Positions 46,244 to 57,559 are shown, numbered from the stretch's first letter. The stretch: DNA of 64,000 nt from Deltaproteobacteria bacterium (GCA_016214995.1 JACRML010000059.1:23010-87009); one strand, 5' to 3'. Notes: generated from the sequence alone by a model not told the origin. Translations and numbers: made by a program.

Positions 46244-47782
46244 TCACACCAACATCTCCTTTTTCTCTCTTTTCCTATATTCCAATTTATTCAATGCATT
46301 TATATATGCTTTGGCGCTGGCAACTATAATGTCAGTATGCGCACCCTGACCCAAGACGATGTGGTCGTCCTCCTGCAATCTGACAGTTACCTCACCCTGT
46401 GCATCTGTCCCTCCGGTTATTGCATTAACAGAATAGCGCAGCAGTTTACTTTTTGTTTTTGTCATCTTCGCAATAGTTTTATAGGCTGCATCCACAGGTC
46501 CGTCGCCAACCCCTTTCTCTTTTACATGCTTGCCGTCTATATACATTTCTACTGCTGCGGTGGGGGTCGACTCTGTACCGCTCGCCACATTTAATTTGTC
46601 CAGTTTAAACCTATCTGGTATTTCTATCCTCAAGATCTCATCAGCCACAATGGCCTCTATATCCTCGTCAAAGACTTCTTTTTTCCGGTCTGCAAGAATT
46701 TTAAACCTCTCGAAGGCCTTATTCAGATTCTCTTCAGACAATTCATAACCTAACTCCTTGAGCCTTGTCTTGAATGCATGTCTCCCTGAATGTTTGCCCA
46801 TAACAAGTGTTGACTGAGCAATGCCTATGGATTCAGGCCTCATTATTTCGTAGGTAGTCTTTTCCTTTAACAAACCGTCCTGATGAATACCTGACTCATG
46901 GGCAAAGGCATTATCACCGACAATCGCCTTGTTCGGCTGAACCATTATGCCGGTAATACTGCTTATGAGTCTGCTCGTAGGATGTATATGCTCGGTGTTT
47001 ATCCTTGTATCAATATGCAGAATATCCTTCCGCGTCCTCAGTATCATCACTATCTCTTCCATAGAGGCATTGCCTGCCCTCTCGCCGATGCCGTTTATAG
47101 TACATTCTACCTGTCTTGCTCCGTTAATTACAGCGGCCAGGGAATTTGCCACAGCAAGGCCGAGGTCATTATGGCAATGTACAGATATTACGGCCTTGTC
47201 TATATTTTTAACATTACTCTTAATAGCCTTTATCAATGCCCCGAATTCAGACGGGATTGCATAGCCCACGGTATCAGGTATATTAACCGTTATGGCACCT
47301 GCATCTATAACAGCTTCAAGAACTTCATAGAGATATTCTCTCTCGGAACGGCTGGCATCCATAGGAGAAAACTCCACATCATGCACATAACCCTTTGTGC
47401 GCCTCACCATTTCCACCGCACGCTTTTTTGCCTCTTCCCTTGTCATCCTGAACTGGTGTTTCAGATGAATATCGGATGTAGAAATAAATGTGTGTATACG
47501 CGGTTTGGGCGCACCCTTTAACGCCTCCCATGCCCTGTCAATGTCTTCCGGTTTTGCCCGTGCAAGGCTGCACACCACAGGGCCTTCCACCTCATGGCTA
47601 ATCCTTCTCACGGCCTCAAAATCTCCGGGTGAGCTTATGGCAAAACCTGCCTCAATTATATCAACACCAAGCCTTGCAAGCTGACGCGCAATCATTACCT
47701 TTTCTTCTACATTCATGGAGGCGCCGGGAGATTGCTCGCCATCCCTTAAGGTAGTATCAAATATTTTTACATAGTCAGTCAT
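46244..47782 (-). CDS. leuA: 2-isopropylmalate synthase
   Basis: [30 protein letters not shown] and a C-terminal LeuA dimerisation/regulatory domain. Confidence 0.95.
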   Translation of the reverse strand: MTDYVKIFDTTLRDGEQSPGASMNVEEKVMIARQLARLGVDIIEAGFAISSPGDFEAVRRISHEVEGPVVCSLARAKPEDIDRAWEALKGAPKPRIHTFISTSDIHLKHQFRMTREEAKKRAVEMVRRTKGYVHDVEFSPMDASRSEREYLYEVLEAVIDAGAITVNIPDTVGYAIPSEFGALIKAIKSNVKNIDKAVISVHCHNDLGLAVANSLAAVINGARQVECTINGIGERAGNASMEEIVMILRTRKDILHIDTRINTEHIHPTSRLISSITGIMVQPNKAIVGDNAFAHESGIHQDGLLKEKTTYEIMRPESIGIAQSTLVMGKHSGRHAFKTRLKELGYELSEENLNKAFERFKILADRKKEVFDEDIEAIVADEILRIEIPDRFKLDKLNVASGTESTPTAAVEMYIDGKHVKEKGVGDGPVDAAYKTIAKMTKTKSKLLRYSVNAITGGTDAQGEVTVRLQEDDHIVLGQGAHTDIIVASAKAYINALNKLEYRKREKKEMLV

Positions 47783-47890
47783 AATAAATAAGTGTCGGAG
47801 TGTCAAAGAGTCAGAGAGTCAGAGTTAAAAAACCAATAACGTTAAAGGTATTTTTGCTATGACTCTTTGAATCTCTGACTCTTCTTTATC

Positions 47891-48785
47891 TCACCTTTCC
47901 TTATGATGCAACTCCTGTTGTGCTACTGCTTTCTTTGCCCTTCTATCCAACAGGGTAGTTATTGGTCCTGATACTGCATAACCCAGTGTCAGCACAAAAA
48001 ACATCACCTGTGGTTCTGCGGCTATAACAATAAGCAAAAATATCAATCCTACCAACAGCCTGAATGGCATACGCTGTGCAGGATTTAATTCCTTGAAGCT
48101 GTAATATTTGACATTGCTCACCATGAGGAATGCAAGGGCATAAACCATAATCAATATGGTTATATGTTTGGTGATATCCTCATAGCCGAAATGATAAAAT
48201 ATCAACACGGTTGCGGCTACAAGAGAAGCAGCAGCAGGAATCGGCAGGCCGTTGAACCTTTTGCTCTCAATGGTATTTATCTGTATATTGAACCTGGCAA
48301 GTCTTAATGCCCCGCACACCACATACAAAAATGCAGCCAGCCAGCCATACCGGTCAAAAGGCCGCAGCGCCCATGTAAATATTAATATGCCAGGTGCAAG
48401 TCCAAATGCTATCAGATCTGACAACGAATCATACTCAATACCAAACTTGCTTGTTGACTTTGTAAGTCTCGCAATTCTCCCGTCTAACCCATCCAATACA
48501 GCAGATATAAGTATAGCAATAGCTGCCTTGTCAAATTCCCAACGAATCATACTCAACGCCAAACTTGCTTGTTGACTTTGTAAGTCTCGCAATTCTTCCG
48601 TCTAACCCATCCAATACAGCAGATATAAGTATAGCAATAGCTGCCTTGTCAAATTCCCCATCCAGAGATGCGATGATGGAATAAAACCCTCCGAAAAGAC
48701 TAGCTGATGTAATGAGGTTAGGAAGAAGGTATATCCCTCTTTTTATGCCGCCTTTTTGCCTTGTCTTTAAATTTTCATCTATCAT
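47891..48785 (-). pseudogene. pssA: CDP-diacylglycerol--serine O-phosphatidyltransferase, reading frame split by a 118-bp tandem duplication
   Basis: ORFs 48531..48785 and 47891..48592 both encode EFDKAAIAILISAVLDGLDGRIARLTKSTSKFG(V/I)EYDSL. The first ORF stops 2 codons after the duplication junction. The CDP-alcohol phosphatidyltransferase motif DG..R...G...D...D is complete only in the second ORF. Confidence 0.75.
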
Positions 48786-48861
48786 ATTTCGCCTCCTACA
48801 AAGGATTTACGATTTTAGATTTGAACTTGTAATTCGTAAATCGTAAATTTATTTCATCATT

Positions 48862-49503
48862 CTACCAATACGCTAATATTGTGCTGCCAGCCTTTACCGT
48901 ATCGCCAAGACTCACATCTGTTCTGCAGTCAGCCGGCAGGTATACATCCAGCCTTGAGCCAAATCTTATCATACCGAACCGCTTGCCTTTTTCCAGCATG
49001 TCTCCTTTTTTTGCATAGCAAACTATCCTTCTGGCAATAAGCCCTGCAATCTGATTTACAACAAATCTCTTTCCATTGCCCGCCTCTATAAGCACGGCAT
49101 TCTGTTCATTTTCAAGAGATGCCTTGTCTTTGTCCGCAGAAAAAAACTTTCCTGGGTTATAAAAAATATCCAACACCTTTCCTGACACCGGAACTCTGTT
49201 GACATGAACATTAAATACATTCATAAATATGCTGATTTTTACCGCATCCTTCTTAAGAAAGCGGTCTTCAAATATTCTATCAATAATTATTATCTTGCCG
49301 TCAGCAGGGGATACAATGGAATCCTCTTCTGAAGGTGTATCTCTTTCCGGATCGCGAAAAAAAGAAATAATGAAAATAGTCACTCCAGAAAAAACATAAC
49401 TTAGGCCTCTCAGGCCAACCATCCAGCATATTATTATAGCAAAAATAGAGGCCAGGATAAAGGGATAACCCTCCCTGGCCAATGGAATCCTCCCCAAATA
49501 CAC
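48862..49503 (-). CDS. psd: Phosphatidylserine decarboxylase (short form)
   Basis: 213 aa with an N-terminal membrane segment, a FNVHVNR motif and the MIRFGSRLDV Gly-Ser pyruvoyl-processing region. Confidence 0.85.
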   Translation of the reverse strand: MYLGRIPLAREGYPFILASIFAIIICWMVGLRGLSYVFSGVTIFIISFFRDPERDTPSEEDSIVSPADGKIIIIDRIFEDRFLKKDAVKISIFMNVFNVHVNRVPVSGKVLDIFYNPGKFFSADKDKASLENEQNAVLIEAGNGKRFVVNQIAGLIARRIVCYAKKGDMLEKGKRFGMIRFGSRLDVYLPADCRTDVSLGDTVKAGSTILAYW

Positions 49504-49576
49504 CCCCTATTTAGGAGATAGGCGGTGGGAAGTAGGAAGTGGGCAAAACAAAATCCCACATCCCACATCCCACATC

Positions 49577-50734
<1,158 letters not shown>

Positions 50735-51223
50735 TTACTTCCCACTCTTCGGGCTTCTTGCCATTGCAATCTTACCTGTTCTTACTATCTCTTTAATACC
50801 GAATGGCCTTAAAAGCTCTGTAATAGCGCCCACCTTTTCTGCATCGCCTGTCATCTCAATAGTATATGTTGTTGGGCTTACATCAACAACCTTGCCTCTG
50901 AAGATATCTATAACGCTCAGTATCTCAGCTCTGTCATCTGCATTTGCATTGACCTTTATCAGGGCTAATTCCCTTTCAATGTGCTCTTCGGCTGTCAGAT
51001 CGCTTACCTTGATAACATTGATAAGCTTATTCAGCTGCTTTGTAATCTGCTCTACAATCTGGTCATCTCCTGTAGTAACAATCGTCATCCTTGAAACCTT
51101 CGGGTCAAGGGTCTCCGCAACACACAGGCTTTCAATATTGAAGCCCCTGCCAGAGAAAAGGCTGGAGACCTTGCTCAAGACGCCAAACTCATTGTCTACA
51201 AGAATTGATATGGTGTGACGCAT
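50735..51223 (-). CDS. ilvN: Acetolactate synthase small (regulatory) subunit
   Basis: MRHTISILVDNEFGVLSKVSSLFSGRGFNIESL is an ACT-domain N-terminus typical of IlvN/IlvH. Confidence 0.9.
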   Translation of the reverse strand: MRHTISILVDNEFGVLSKVSSLFSGRGFNIESLCVAETLDPKVSRMTIVTTGDDQIVEQITKQLNKLINVIKVSDLTAEEHIERELALIKVNANADDRAEILSVIDIFRGKVVDVSPTTYTIEMTGDAEKVGAITELLRPFGIKEIVRTGKIAMARSPKSGK

Positions 51224-51322
51224 CCTTCCACCCAACCACAGGAATCAGGAAATAGGAATTAAAAATTAGAAAAACTCTTTTCTATTTCCTCTTTTCTCTT
51301 TCCTTCCACCTTTCATCTGTCT

Positions 51323-53044
51323 TCATACCAGCAGCATCTTATTCAACGGCTGGCCTGCAGGAACCATTGGATAGACATCCTCTTCCCTGTCAATATTAAA
51401 ATCCATAAATACAGGTTTGTTCTTGACAGCCAGGGCCTCTTTTATAACACCGTCTACATCTTCTGGCTTTGTTGCCCTTAACCCAACCGCACCATATGCC
51501 TCTGCTACCTTTACAAAATCAGGGGCAACATCCATGCATGTATATGAGTATCTCTTTTCATAGAAAAACTCCTGCCATTGTCTGACCATACCGAGGAATT
51601 TATTATTAAGTATTGCAATCTTTACAGGCAGTTTATACTGAACTGCAGTTGCCAACTCCTGTATATTCATCTGAATACTGCCATCACCTGCAATATCAAT
51701 GACTATTTTGTCAGGAAATGCAAACTGCGCTCCAATGGCGGCAGGAAAACCAAAACCCATAGTTCCAAGGCCGCCTGATGTCAAAAATGTCCTTGGTTTA
51801 TCAAATTTATAAAACTGCGCTGCCCACATCTGGTTCTGGCCGACTTCAGTGGTGATAATGGCCTTGCCTTTTGTCAGATCATAAATCCTTTCTATGACAT
51901 ATTGCGGTTTTATTTTTTTCTCGTCCAACTTGTAAGAAAGTTTATGCGTCTCTCCCCACTGTTTAATCTGTTCGTGCCATTCGGCAAGAGCATCCTTCTG
52001 CGCCTTCTCGTTCCCACGCTCTGCGTGGGAACGACCCTTTATCTCATCTAGTGCCTTGAGCATGTCTTTGAGAACTGATTTCACATCTCCGACGATTGGC
52101 ACATCAACCCTGACGTTTTTGCTGATAGATGTGGGGTCAATGTCAACATGGATTACCTTTGCATAAGGCGCAAACTCATCTATTTTACCCGTAACTCTGT
52201 CATCAAATCTGGCGCCGATTGCTATGAGGCAGTCTGTGTTTGTTACGGCCATATTGGCGCAGTATGTGCCGTGCATGCCGAGCATTCCGAGAAAAAGCGG
52301 ATGCGTGCCGGGGAAACCGCCGAGTCCCATGAGCGTGTTTGTAACAGGGATATTCAACTTTTCTGCAAATACCCTAAGTTCATCAGATGCATCTGATAAA
52401 ACAACTCCGCCGCCTGTATATAACACAGGTCTTTTTGCTTTGATGATTAATTCAACTGCTTTTTTTATCTGGCCAATATGTCCCTTATATGTTGGCTGAT
52501 AACTTTTCAACTCAACCTTTTCAGGATACTTAAACTCAGCAGATGCGCTTAAAACATCCTTTGGAATATCCACCAGCACAGGGCCAGGCCTTCCTGTTGT
52601 AGCTATGTAAAATGCCTCTTTTATAATCCTGGTTAAATCTTTTATGTCCTTGACCAGATAATTATGTTTAGTACACGGCCTTGTAATGCCGACAATATCT
52701 GCCTCCTGAAAGGCATCATTGCCAATAAGGGCAGTTGGCACCTGGCCTGTAAAAACAACAATGGGAATAGAATCCATATACGCTGTCGCAATCCCTGTAA
52801 CAGTGTTTGTTGCACCGGGACCGGAGGTAACCAGAACAACGCCTGGCTTTCCGCTTGCCCTTGCATAGCCATCTGCCATATGCACAGCACCCTGTTCATG
52901 CCGCACCAGAATATGTTTTAAGGCAGTTACGCCATAAAGCGCATCATATATAGGTAAAACAGCGCCGCCAGGAAAACCGAATATGGTATCCACGCCTTCC
53001 TTTAATAAGCTTTCAAGAAATATCTGTGCACCGTTCTTTTTCAT
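51323..53044 (-). CDS. ilvB: Acetolactate synthase large subunit
   Basis: [28 protein letters not shown] and the TPP motif [14 protein letters not shown]. The 110 upstream codons in the ORF track translate a repeat element. Confidence 0.95.
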   Translation of the reverse strand: MKKNGAQIFLESLLKEGVDTIFGFPGGAVLPIYDALYGVTALKHILVRHEQGAVHMADGYARASGKPGVVLVTSGPGATNTVTGIATAYMDSIPIVVFTGQVPTALIGNDAFQEADIVGITRPCTKHNYLVKDIKDLTRIIKEAFYIATTGRPGPVLVDIPKDVLSASAEFKYPEKVELKSYQPTYKGHIGQIKKAVELIIKAKRPVLYTGGGVVLSDASDELRVFAEKLNIPVTNTLMGLGGFPGTHPLFLGMLGMHGTYCANMAVTNTDCLIAIGARFDDRVTGKIDEFAPYAKVIHVDIDPTSISKNVRVDVPIVGDVKSVLKDMLKALDEIKGRSHAERGNEKAQKDALAEWHEQIKQWGETHKLSYKLDEKKIKPQYVIERIYDLTKGKAIITTEVGQNQMWAAQFYKFDKPRTFLTSGGLGTMGFGFPAAIGAQFAFPDKIVIDIAGDGSIQMNIQELATAVQYKLPVKIAILNNKFLGMVRQWQEFFYEKRYSYTCMDVAPDFVKVAEAYGAVGLRATKPEDVDGVIKEALAVKNKPVFMDFNIDREEDVYPMVPAGQPLNKMLLV

Positions 53045-54795
53045 ATAAATTTTACCTGAGGGTACCCAAAAATAGACTTTGATTTTTGGGGAAACCTGCA
53101 AGTTGCCTGCCAGACGAGGCAGCGGACAATTTTTACGACGAGCCGTATGTTCACCGATACGGTGAGGAGTAAAAATTGTCCGATAACGAAGTATGGCAGG
53201 CAAATCGCAGGTTTGTAAAATAGCGTCCAGTTTGACTTTCTTTTTTCTAACTCTTTGCCCTCTACCTTCAACTCTATCTTTCTGTTCGGAATATCTATCT
53301 CTATCCCATCTCCATCCTGAACAAATGCTATTGGCCCGCCCTCCATTGCCTCGGGCGAGATATGACCTATGCACGGTCCCCGTGTGCCGCCGGAGAATCT
53401 TCCATCCGTAATAAGCGCAACCTTATCTGCCATGCCCATGCCGGTGATAGTCGCTGTGGGCGCAAGCATCTCCCTCATGCCGGGTCCTCCTTTAGGCCCT
53501 TCATATCTTACAACAATAACATCACCGTCTTTTATCTTTCCATTGAGTATTGCCTGCATTGCAGCCTCTTCTGAATCAAAACACCTTGCCTTACCTATAA
53601 AATATTTCGCCTTTTCATTCACAGCAGTCTGCTTTACAACACAGCCGTTAGGAGCGAGATTTCCCTTTAAAACCGCAATGCCCCCCTCTTTATAATATGC
53701 ATTTTCTATTGTCCTTACTACATCACTATCATTAACCTTGGCCTGTTCAGCAATCTCTTTTATATTTTTTTTTGAGACCGTGATATTGTCTTTTAAAAGA
53801 CTTTTCAATCTGTTCATAACAGCAGGAATCCCACCGGCATATTCCAAGTCTTCCATGAAATGATCGCCTGCAGGTTCTAATTTGACAATATTCGGAGTTT
53901 CCCTGCTTATCGTGTCAAATATTTCAAGGGGTAGTTTAATGCCTACCTCATGCGCAATCGCTGGTATATGGAGTGCTGTATTTGTTGAGCCGCCAAGCGC
54001 CATGTCAATCCTTATTGCGTTTTCAAACGCACCCCTTATCATAACCTTTCCGGGTGTTAAATCCTCTTTGACCATCTCAACTATGCGCACACCTGAATCA
54101 AATGCAATTCTCCTCTTGTCGGCAGAGCCTTCAAGACCGGTTGCGCAGCCGACGAGAGACATGCCAAGCGCTTCAGTAACACACGCCATAGTATTTGCAG
54201 TATACATTCCCTGACACGAACCGCCGCCGGGGCATGCACAGAATTCCAGGTCTGAAAGCTCCTGCTCGGTTATCTCCTTATTCTTGAACCTGCCAATTGC
54301 CTCGTATGTATCGCGGACAAACGAGCGGCGCTTCATCTTATACATGCCTGTATGCATTGGCCCTGCTGTAACAACAATTGAAGGCACATCAAGTCTTGCA
54401 GCAGCCATGAGCATTCCCGGCGTTATCTTATCGCAGTTTGTAAGAAGCACCAACCCATCCAAAGCATGAGCTGCTGCCACAGACTCAATCATGTCAGCAA
54501 TGAGCTCTCTGCTCGGCAGAGAGTAATGCATGCCTGTATGCCCCATGGCAATGCCATCGCATATGGCAGGCACGCCGAAAAGGAATGAATGACCGCCGCC
54601 TGTATGCACGCCCTTCTCAATAAATCTCTCAAGAGTCCTCATGCCGATATGCCCGGGCACAAGGTCATTGAAGGATGTGGCAACGCCTATAAACGGCCTG
54701 TCCATCTCCTCTTTTGTCAGACCCGTTGCATAGAGCAGCGCCCTGTGTGGAACCCTTTCAAGTCCTTTTTTTACCCTGTCGCTACGCATAGTCAC
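53041..54795 (-). CDS. ilvD: Dihydroxy-acid dehydratase with a non-native C-terminal tail encoded by a repeat element
   Basis: IlvD motifs run throughout ([36 protein letters not shown]). After residue W523 the 61-codon tail [16 protein letters not shown]... is a translation of mosaic-element copy C. The conserved IlvD C-terminus is absent. Confidence 0.85.
   Translation of the reverse strand: MTMRSDRVKKGLERVPHRALLYATGLTKEEMDRPFIGVATSFNDLVPGHIGMRTLERFIEKGVHTGGGHSFLFGVPAICDGIAMGHTGMHYSLPSRELIADMIESVAAAHALDGLVLLTNCDKITPGMLMAAARLDVPSIVVTAGPMHTGMYKMKRRSFVRDTYEAIGRFKNKEITEQELSDLEFCACPGGGSCQGMYTANTMACVTEALGMSLVGCATGLEGSADKRRIAFDSGVRIVEMVKEDLTPGKVMIRGAFENAIRIDMALGGSTNTALHIPAIAHEVGIKLPLEIFDTISRETPNIVKLEPAGDHFMEDLEYAGGIPAVMNRLKSLLKDNITVSKKNIKEIAEQAKVNDSDVVRTIENAYYKEGGIAVLKGNLAPNGCVVKQTAVNEKAKYFIGKARCFDSEEAAMQAILNGKIKDGDVIVVRYEGPKGGPGMREMLAPTATITGMGMADKVALITDGRFSGGTRGPCIGHISPEAMEGGPIAFVQDGDGIEIDIPNRKIELKVEGKELEKRKSNWTLFYKPAICLPYFVIGQFLLLTVSVNIRLVVKIVRCLVWQATCRFPQKSKSIFGYPQVKFI
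53065..53225 (-). repeat. Mosaic multi-hairpin element, copy C (internal module replaced, distal modules deleted)
   Basis: Shares the terminal hairpin, the linker, the CCGTAT/ATACGG hairpin and the GTTATCGG region with B and D. It also has nested perfect stems TTGCCTGCCA/TGGCAGGCAA and CGGACAATTTTTAC/GTAAAAATTGTCCG. Confidence 0.85.
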
Positions 54796-54796
54796 T

Positions 54797-54895
54797 GAAG
54801 AAACAAGAGGTCAGAAGTAAGAAACAAGAAAATCTTGTATCTTACCTCACGCTTCTTATATCTGACCTCTTGCTTCTTGCGTCTTGCTTCTTGAA
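54797..54895. repeat. Heptamer-periodic inverted array between the DUF465 gene and ilvD (right arm is coding)
   Basis: AGAAACA AGAGGTC AGAAGTA AGAAACA AGAAAAT ... CTGACCT CTTGCTT CTTGCGT CTTGCTT CTTG. Confidence 0.8.
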
Positions 54896-55098
54896 ATCAT
54901 CTCCTCCAGTTTATCTTTTTGTTCTAACTTCATCTTCTTGAGTTTCTTTTCTATAATCTCTTCTTCTCTTGTCACATAAATCTTTTTGCCAAGTTTTGCA
55001 GCTCTTTTTTCACAATCCATGTGAACCTCATAAATCCTTCTGAATTCAGCATCCCTTTCCAGTAACCTCCTTAAAAAGCCCCCATCTAATGCTTTCAT
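54856..55098 (-). CDS. DUF465 (YdcH-like) small coiled-coil protein, tentative
   Basis: 80 aa with a ...DAEFRRIYEVHMDCEKR...KLKKMKLEQKDKLEEMI pattern. The last 12 codons lie in a heptamer hairpin arm. Confidence 0.5.
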   Translation of the reverse strand: MKALDGGFLRRLLERDAEFRRIYEVHMDCEKRAAKLGKKIYVTREEEIIEKKLKKMKLEQKDKLEEMISRSKTQEARGQI

Positions 55099-55120
55099 AG
55101 AATGGCCTCCTCTTTAAATT

Positions 55121-55204
55121 GATTGCACAGATTTTATACGACGATTAGACAGATTTAAAAAATATTCTTTCTCTGTGTAATCTGCCTTTGTAATCTGTGT
55201 AATC
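55121..55204. repeat. Degenerate fragment of the GATTACACAGAT MITE (boxes only, no terminal repeats)
   Basis: GATTGCACAGAT, GATTAGACAGAT, then CTCTGTGTAATC and ATCTGTGTAATC, in the same 2+2 arrangement. Confidence 0.6.
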
Positions 55205-55339
55205 ATATTACTAGTTTAACAGATATTAGTATAACATCTTTTGCTTGTCAACCCGAGAAAATACAGGTTAAGATTGAGGTAAAGGTTTAGAATTTCCTCA
55301 ACCTTAACCTCAACCTTAACCTTGACCTTAACCTTGACC

Positions 55340-56074
55340 TTAGCCTTTCCTCATCTTAAGTTCTGCCTCTGAGGGTCTCAGATATTTAAGCTCAACAGTT
55401 TGAGGGCTGTCACTATCCCCATTTTTAAATCTCTTCCATGCCAGCAAGCCGATGTTTGATGCCTTTATTGTCCACAGATACTCGGGGGCAATAATAGCCT
55501 TATCCTTTAGCATAGCTTTAATAGGATTTCCATATACCTTTAGACCATCACCAAGAAATATTGTCGACTTTGTTATTCTCTCAATAAGTGCTTCAGGGCT
55601 TAAGGCAGCATCGGGCATAAGACAAGTTGCAAGCTGCAGGCCGCAGGTTTCAAGTCTATCATTATCTTGCATCTTGAAACTTGCATCTTGAAACTTGTAG
55701 ATACCCGCATAAACCTCTTTTTTCCGCGCATCCAACAAAGGGCATATCTGTTTGTCAGAATAAGGCAGATTCATTGCCAGCGCCTCTAAAGTTGAGACGC
55801 AAACCACCTTCTTGTTTAAACTCCATGCAAGCCCCTTGATAGTTGAAAGTCCAATCCGCAGCCCTGTAAAAGAACCCGGTCCTGCAGCTAGTGCAAAACC
55901 ATCAACATCTTCTATGCTTGCACCAATACCATGCAGAAGGGTTTTTATTGAAGGCAGCAGTCTCTCTGCATGGGTTTCTTGAATACAGGTTGTTAATTCA
56001 GCAATGAGCCGGCCATCTTCAAGCAGTGCAATGCTCCCTGACGCAGTGGCAGTATCTATAGCAAGTATTTTCAT
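55340..56074 (-). CDS. tsaB: tRNA threonylcarbamoyladenosine biosynthesis protein TsaB
   Basis: MKILAIDTATASGSIALLEDG and GPGSFTGLRIG are present. Confidence 0.9.
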   Translation of the reverse strand: MKILAIDTATASGSIALLEDGRLIAELTTCIQETHAERLLPSIKTLLHGIGASIEDVDGFALAAGPGSFTGLRIGLSTIKGLAWSLNKKVVCVSTLEALAMNLPYSDKQICPLLDARKKEVYAGIYKFQDASFKMQDNDRLETCGLQLATCLMPDAALSPEALIERITKSTIFLGDGLKVYGNPIKAMLKDKAIIAPEYLWTIKASNIGLLAWKRFKNGDSDSPQTVELKYLRPSEAELKMRKG

Positions 56075-56161
56075 AGCCCTCAGCTTTAAGCTATCAGCAG
56101 TCAGCTATTAGCTATCCGTAAAATTATTTAAGCTGGTTGCTGATCGCTGATAGCCGAAATT

Positions 56162-57559
56162 TTAATTTATCAATCTACGTAAAAACCCAATTATATCTAG
56201 CCGCATCACATCGTTGTATGTCACAAATAGCATCAATAAAACCAGAAGACCAATTCCTATATTCTGGGTCATGGTCATAATCCTCTCGCTCAATGGCTTG
56301 CCCCGGAGCGCCTCTATGCCAAAGAATATAAGAAAACCACCATCCAGAACAGGGATTGGTAATAGGTTCAATATGCCCAACTGCAGGCTTAAGAATGCCA
56401 TGAGAGAAAGAAGCGCTGTCAGGCCTGACTCAGCAGCCTGTCCTGCCACCTGAGCAATCATTAAAGGGCCGCCAAGTGTTTTAATGGATATCTCTCCGAC
56501 AAAAAGCTTTTTTATAATTACAAATGTCATTATGGTTAATTCGCCCATCTTTTTTACCCCCTCAACAACTGCTCCAGCAGGGCCATAACGTCTTGTAACC
56601 GTATCCTGAAAAGGTGATACACCTATTGCATATCCCTTTATGTTTTCATTCCACTGCGACTTAATGCGGAGTTCAAATATCTCATTCCCTCTTTTTACCT
56701 GAAAAAGTCTTTCCTCTGCTGCTTCTTTCTTTTCAGTTTCTGGTTTCTGGCCTCTTGCTTCTTGTTTCTGACTTCCTGCTTCTTGCTTCTGACTCTGGAT
56801 TGCCTGTTGGAGTTCTATCCAGTGGTCTATCTTAACCCCGTCAACAGAAAGGATTGTATCGCCAATCTTTAGCCCGGCTTTTTCAGCAGGCAATCCTTGA
56901 ATAAGCCCGCCCACAGTAGGACTCATGGGAGGGAAAAATCCGCTAACCCCTCCACCGGTTTGAGAAGAGGCTTCGGGGGTAAATGTAATATCTTGAACCC
57001 TACCATTATTTTTAACTATGAGTTTGAGCGCTTTATTCGGGTTGGAGATAATAGCGGTATTAAGCTCCTCCCAGTTTTTAATATACGTGCCGTCTATTGA
57101 TTCTATTACATCTCCCTTTTTTAAACCTGCCTTATCGGCATTTTCACCCATCACAACATAGCCGACTATAGGCTCTTTATCCAAATATGCAGGAACTTGG
57201 ATTCCTATGAGGTATATAAGCGGCAGAAGCGAAAATGCCAGAGTAAGGTTCATTATCGGCCCTGCTGCAACTATTGCCGCCTTTTTTGAAAGAGGTTTCT
57301 TGGCAAATGATCTTTCATTGTCAGTTGGGCTTACCTCTTCACCGGTTGATTCACCAACCATCTTCACATAGCCACCGAGCGGCAGAAGGGATATTAGATA
57401 TTCTGTTTCACCCCTTTTTACGCCGATTATCTTAGGCCCGAAACCGAGGGAAAATTTTAACACTCCGACCCCTGAAAGCTTTGCAATAATAAAGTGGCCA
57501 AGTTCATGTATAAAAACTAAAATACCGAGAACTACTAAAAATGATATAACCGTTGTCAT
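56162..57559 (-). CDS. rseP: RIP (site-2) zinc metalloprotease RseP
   Basis: HELGHF, two PDZ-like regions (GLKKGDVI, GLKIGDTI) and the C-terminal NLLPIPVLDGG motif. Confidence 0.9.
   Translation of the reverse strand: MTTVISFLVVLGILVFIHELGHFIIAKLSGVGVLKFSLGFGPKIIGVKRGETEYLISLLPLGGYVKMVGESTGEEVSPTDNERSFAKKPLSKKAAIVAAGPIMNLTLAFSLLPLIYLIGIQVPAYLDKEPIVGYVVMGENADKAGLKKGDVIESIDGTYIKNWEELNTAIISNPNKALKLIVKNNGRVQDITFTPEASSQTGGGVSGFFPPMSPTVGGLIQGLPAEKAGLKIGDTILSVDGVKIDHWIELQQAIQSQKQEAGSQKQEARGQKPETEKKEAAEERLFQVKRGNEIFELRIKSQWNENIKGYAIGVSPFQDTVTRRYGPAGAVVEGVKKMGELTIMTFVIIKKLFVGEISIKTLGGPLMIAQVAGQAAESGLTALLSLMAFLSLQLGILNLLPIPVLDGGFLIFFGIEALRGKPLSERIMTMTQNIGIGLLVLLMLFVTYNDVMRLDIIGFLRRLIN

Noticed and set aside
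53045-53374. 110-codon N-terminal extension of ilvB (ORF track start 53374)
   Set aside because: The extension translates mosaic element copy C and the ilvD 3' region. The IlvB homology starts exactly at the ATG at 53044 (MKKNGAQIF...).
54796-54855. Leader-peptide or T-box-type attenuator upstream of the ilv-leu block (also examined at 47807-47890 upstream of leuA)
   Set aside because: No short ORF rich in Ile/Leu/Val codons and no T-box specifier/antiterminator pattern was seen. The spacers are standard heptamer hairpins.
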